Source: Deltaproteobacteria bacterium (GTDB lineage Bacteria; Desulfobacterota_D; UBA1144; Nemesobacterales; CSP1-2). From it: a stretch of 64,000 nt of DNA. The stretch is from contig JBQTHB010000005.1 of NCBI GenBank assembly GCA_052390235.1, forward strand, positions 467,440 through 531,439, given 5' to 3'. Positions 61,606 through 64,000 of this stretch are shown here, in pieces. Both the position numbers and the translations under genes were made by a program. The notes below the pieces were generated by a model. The model was not told where the DNA came from. It did no database searches and worked only from the letters and a program-made list of their open reading frames with translations. Numbering within the stretch: position 1 is the first letter of the stretch; each line of letters starts with the position of its first letter.

Positions 61606-63720
61606 CTACTTCACCCAAAACTCTACGGAATCGAGCATCTGGCGCTTTGAATCGGCGAGGGATAAAACGTATTTCCCCGATTTTGGCTTCCATGAGACCG
61701 TCTTGGACGAGGAGGCGATTTTCCTGCCGTTTAGTTCCCAGATGAATTTCCCCTCCGCCCCCTCCGCCTCAAAAAATATAATCTGCCTATCCGCTGGGAT
61801 GTCCGGGTCGAGGGCGAAGACGGTTTTATCAGGCGGGTAGAGAATTGATGGTTTCGCGTGCCGGCGGCTGATTTCTATTAAGTCTGATTCCGTGCCAGAG
61901 ATAAACCGCTCCACTCTCGGCGGCTCAATACTGTTTTTGAATTCTATTCTATTCGATATTACTCCATCCGGCTGGGCTGGCGGGACGCTCGGCGCGCTCC
62001 GGTGCAGATAATTCATCACCTCAAGCCATATTGGCGCCGCCCCCGTAATGCCGGTAACGCTCCACATTGGCTCTCCCGAAAAGTTGCCGACCCAAACCCC
62101 AACCGTATATTGCGCCGAGAACCCCACGCACCAGTTATCCCTCATGTCTTTGCTCGTTCCAGTTTTGACCGCAGTCCAAAAGCGCGTCGAAAGGGGATTT
62201 TCAAGCCCAAACGTGGCGCTCCTCGCCTCCCTGTCCGAGAGAATATCGGAGACTATAAAAGCGCCGTCCGCACTCATGACCCGCGCCGGCATCTCGCGCC
62301 GCCCATCGAGGCTCATCTGGACAGCGCTCCAGAGCCCCCCATTTGCCAAGGTTCGGTAGGCATTGGCAAGGTCTAGGAGCATCACATCGGCAGAGCCAAG
62401 CGCGAGGGAGAATCCGTAGTAATCGCCGGATTGATTCAGCCCGCGAAACCCGAGCGCCTTGAGCCTCTCGATGAATGCGCCCTCGCCCACGAGCATTAGG
62501 GTTTTTACGGCGGGAATGTTGAGCGACGAGGACAGAGCCGTCCTCACGCTGACAAAGCCCCGAAAGGAGTTGTCGTAGTTCTCAGGCATATATAGCCCAA
62601 GCGGGGTGGGAATGTCGAGCGGGGAATCCTCAATAGGCGATGCGGCCGTGATGATGCGCCGCTCAATTGCCAGTTCATAGAGAAAGGGTTTTAGGGTTGA
62701 GCCGGCTTGTCTCCTCGCCGTGATACCGTCAACGAAGCGCGCGCTCGAAAACCTCGCCCCGTTGCCGACATAGGCAAGGGTGTCGCCGGAGTGATTATCG
62801 AGGACAATCACCGCGCCGTCCCGAACGTTTTTATCCCTAAGCGAGCTGAGTTGGTACTGAAGCGACTGAAGCGCGAACGCCTGAAGGTTTTTATCTAGGG
62901 TTGATGCCGCTTTGAGCCTCCCTATGCCGAGTAGTTTTTTTGCGGCGTGAGGGGCAAGGGACACCTGCGGCTTAATGAAGTACGCCCCGGCAAGCCCAAC
63001 GGCGAGCGACTCGATTTCCCTGCACGGGGTTTCGGATTTCATAGCCTCCCCCAGACGGCAGGCGCGCTTTGCCACGTCCCCCGCCCGGGCGTTGGGAGAG
63101 CGTATAAGCGATGCCAAGATGAGGGCTTCCCCGGAATTTATGCCGCTTGCGTCTTTGCCAAATAGCCCTCGCGAAGCCGCCGATACGCCTTGCAACTCCC
63201 CCCTCCAAGCCGCCAAGTTCAGATACGCCTCAAGTATCTCGTCCTTCTCCCAGGTTCTTTCAATAGCCCAAGCCGCCCTCATCTGCCGCCACTTTTGGCT
63301 CAAGTCTCTCCTGCCGCTCCCGGAATTGAGTCGGCCATCGAGCATCGAGGCCAGTTGCATCGTAATGGTGCTTGCGCCGCGCCCTCTGCCAGAGATAATT
63401 TTGTCCCGAACCGCGCCGAGTACGCCTAGCAAATCAACCCCGCCGTGCCGGTAAAATCTCCTATCCTCGGAGCCTAGAACGGCCTTTGCCAGCGCAGGGG
63501 AAACGCCGGCAAGGGATATCCATCTGAGTTTTCTTGTCTTATCGTCAATGCGGATTTCGTGGAGAACCTCTCCGTGCCTGTCGAGGAGAACCGCATCGGA
63601 GGTATCGTAGGAGTTTTTGACGGCGTCAAACGAGGCTACGGCTAGGGCATATGGCGCGAACATTAGCGTCAGGGCAATGCAAAATACGAGATGCTCGATG
63701 CGTAGGATACGGGATGCCAT
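61606..63720 (-). CDS. pbpC: Penicillin-binding protein 1C (start uncertain, ORF open to 63795)
   Basis: EDRRFY.H.GVD, GASTITMQ, GSTLKPF, SLN, KTGTS, C-terminal Ig-like domain. Confidence 0.93.
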   Translation of the reverse strand: MASRILRIEHLVFCIALTLMFAPYALAVASFDAVKNSYDTSDAVLLDRHGEVLHEIRIDDKTRKLRWISLAGVSPALAKAVLGSEDRRFYRHGGVDLLGVLGAVRDKIISGRGRGASTITMQLASMLDGRLNSGSGRRDLSQKWRQMRAAWAIERTWEKDEILEAYLNLAAWRGELQGVSAASRGLFGKDASGINSGEALILASLIRSPNARAGDVAKRACRLGEAMKSETPCREIESLAVGLAGAYFIKPQVSLAPHAAKKLLGIGRLKAASTLDKNLQAFALQSLQYQLSSLRDKNVRDGAVIVLDNHSGDTLAYVGNGARFSSARFVDGITARRQAGSTLKPFLYELAIERRIITAASPIEDSPLDIPTPLGLYMPENYDNSFRGFVSVRTALSSSLNIPAVKTLMLVGEGAFIERLKALGFRGLNQSGDYYGFSLALGSADVMLLDLANAYRTLANGGLWSAVQMSLDGRREMPARVMSADGAFIVSDILSDREARSATFGLENPLSTRFWTAVKTGTSKDMRDNWCVGFSAQYTVGVWVGNFSGEPMWSVTGITGAAPIWLEVMNYLHRSAPSVPPAQPDGVISNRIEFKNSIEPPRVERFISGTESDLIEISRRHAKPSILYPPDKTVFALDPDIPADRQIIFFEAEGAEGKFIWELNGRKIASSSKTVSWKPKSGKYVLSLADSKRQMLDSVEFWVK

Positions 63721-63791
63721 CGGGTTTTCATCGGCGCAGCCCCCATTCCGGCTCAGTTTATCCCCCCTAAGCCTCTTGGAGTATCGGGCGT

Positions 63792-63995
63792 TCATCCCTT
63801 GGGCTTGCTGCCTCTGGTGTCAACTATTTTAATATTCGGATTCAGGAACGGACTGCTGTCCCACTCGTCTTTCTGAGCCATCGCTCTCTTAATCAAATCC
63901 CTTATGTATGCCGACGCGCTTATGCCCTTTTCGGCGGCTTCTGAGAGCATAAATCCATACTGACTGTCTTCGAGTGTTATTTGAGTTTTTTTCAT
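63792..63995 (-). CDS. Small ribbon-helix-helix (CopG/antitoxin-like) protein
   Basis: MKKTQITL.D.QY..L..A..KGIS.S.YIR.LI. Confidence 0.7.
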   Translation of the reverse strand: MKKTQITLEDSQYGFMLSEAAEKGISASAYIRDLIKRAMAQKDEWDSSPFLNPNIKIVDTRGSKPKG

Positions 63996-64000
63996 ACCGT

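Overview
Two compositionally different blocks. (1) 1..~4098 is AT-rich and Bacteroidota-like: the 3' end of a RhuM-family gene, a four-helix-bundle (23S rRNA IVS/Avd-like) gene enclosed by inverted 7-nt-period repeats, and a complete type I R-M hsdR. (2) ~4099..64000 is a more GC-rich core chromosome of a diderm, deltaproteobacteria-like organism (Ca. Dadabacteria-like; inference only). It carries tig-clpP-clpX-lon, tRNA-Val/Asp, hbd, coaE, a three-subunit acyl-CoA carboxylase, oppA, a beta-barrel OMP, a metallophosphoesterase plus an OprO/P-like porin (both with Pho-box-like repeats), uppP, uvrA, tRNA-fMet, tgt-yajC-secD-secF, dapB, gltA, the dcw cluster (mraZ..ftsZ, no ddl), murJ and pbpC. 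The best candidate for an undescribed system is 27524..30590: two paralogous secreted proteins sharing an unnamed domain (one without an anchor, one with a Cys-rich insert, Pro/Thr stalk and GGGGGC-TM-basic tail), preceded by twin promoter-like repeats, each gene having two SD-backed in-frame ATGs exactly 48 nt apart. Other oddities: a decayed duplicate of the tig/clpP junction with an intact promoter, many near-leaderless promoters, a probable ATA start for murF, a lipobox on YajC, and a structured ftsA-ftsZ spacer that folds better antisense. All calls were made by eye; no searches were run.
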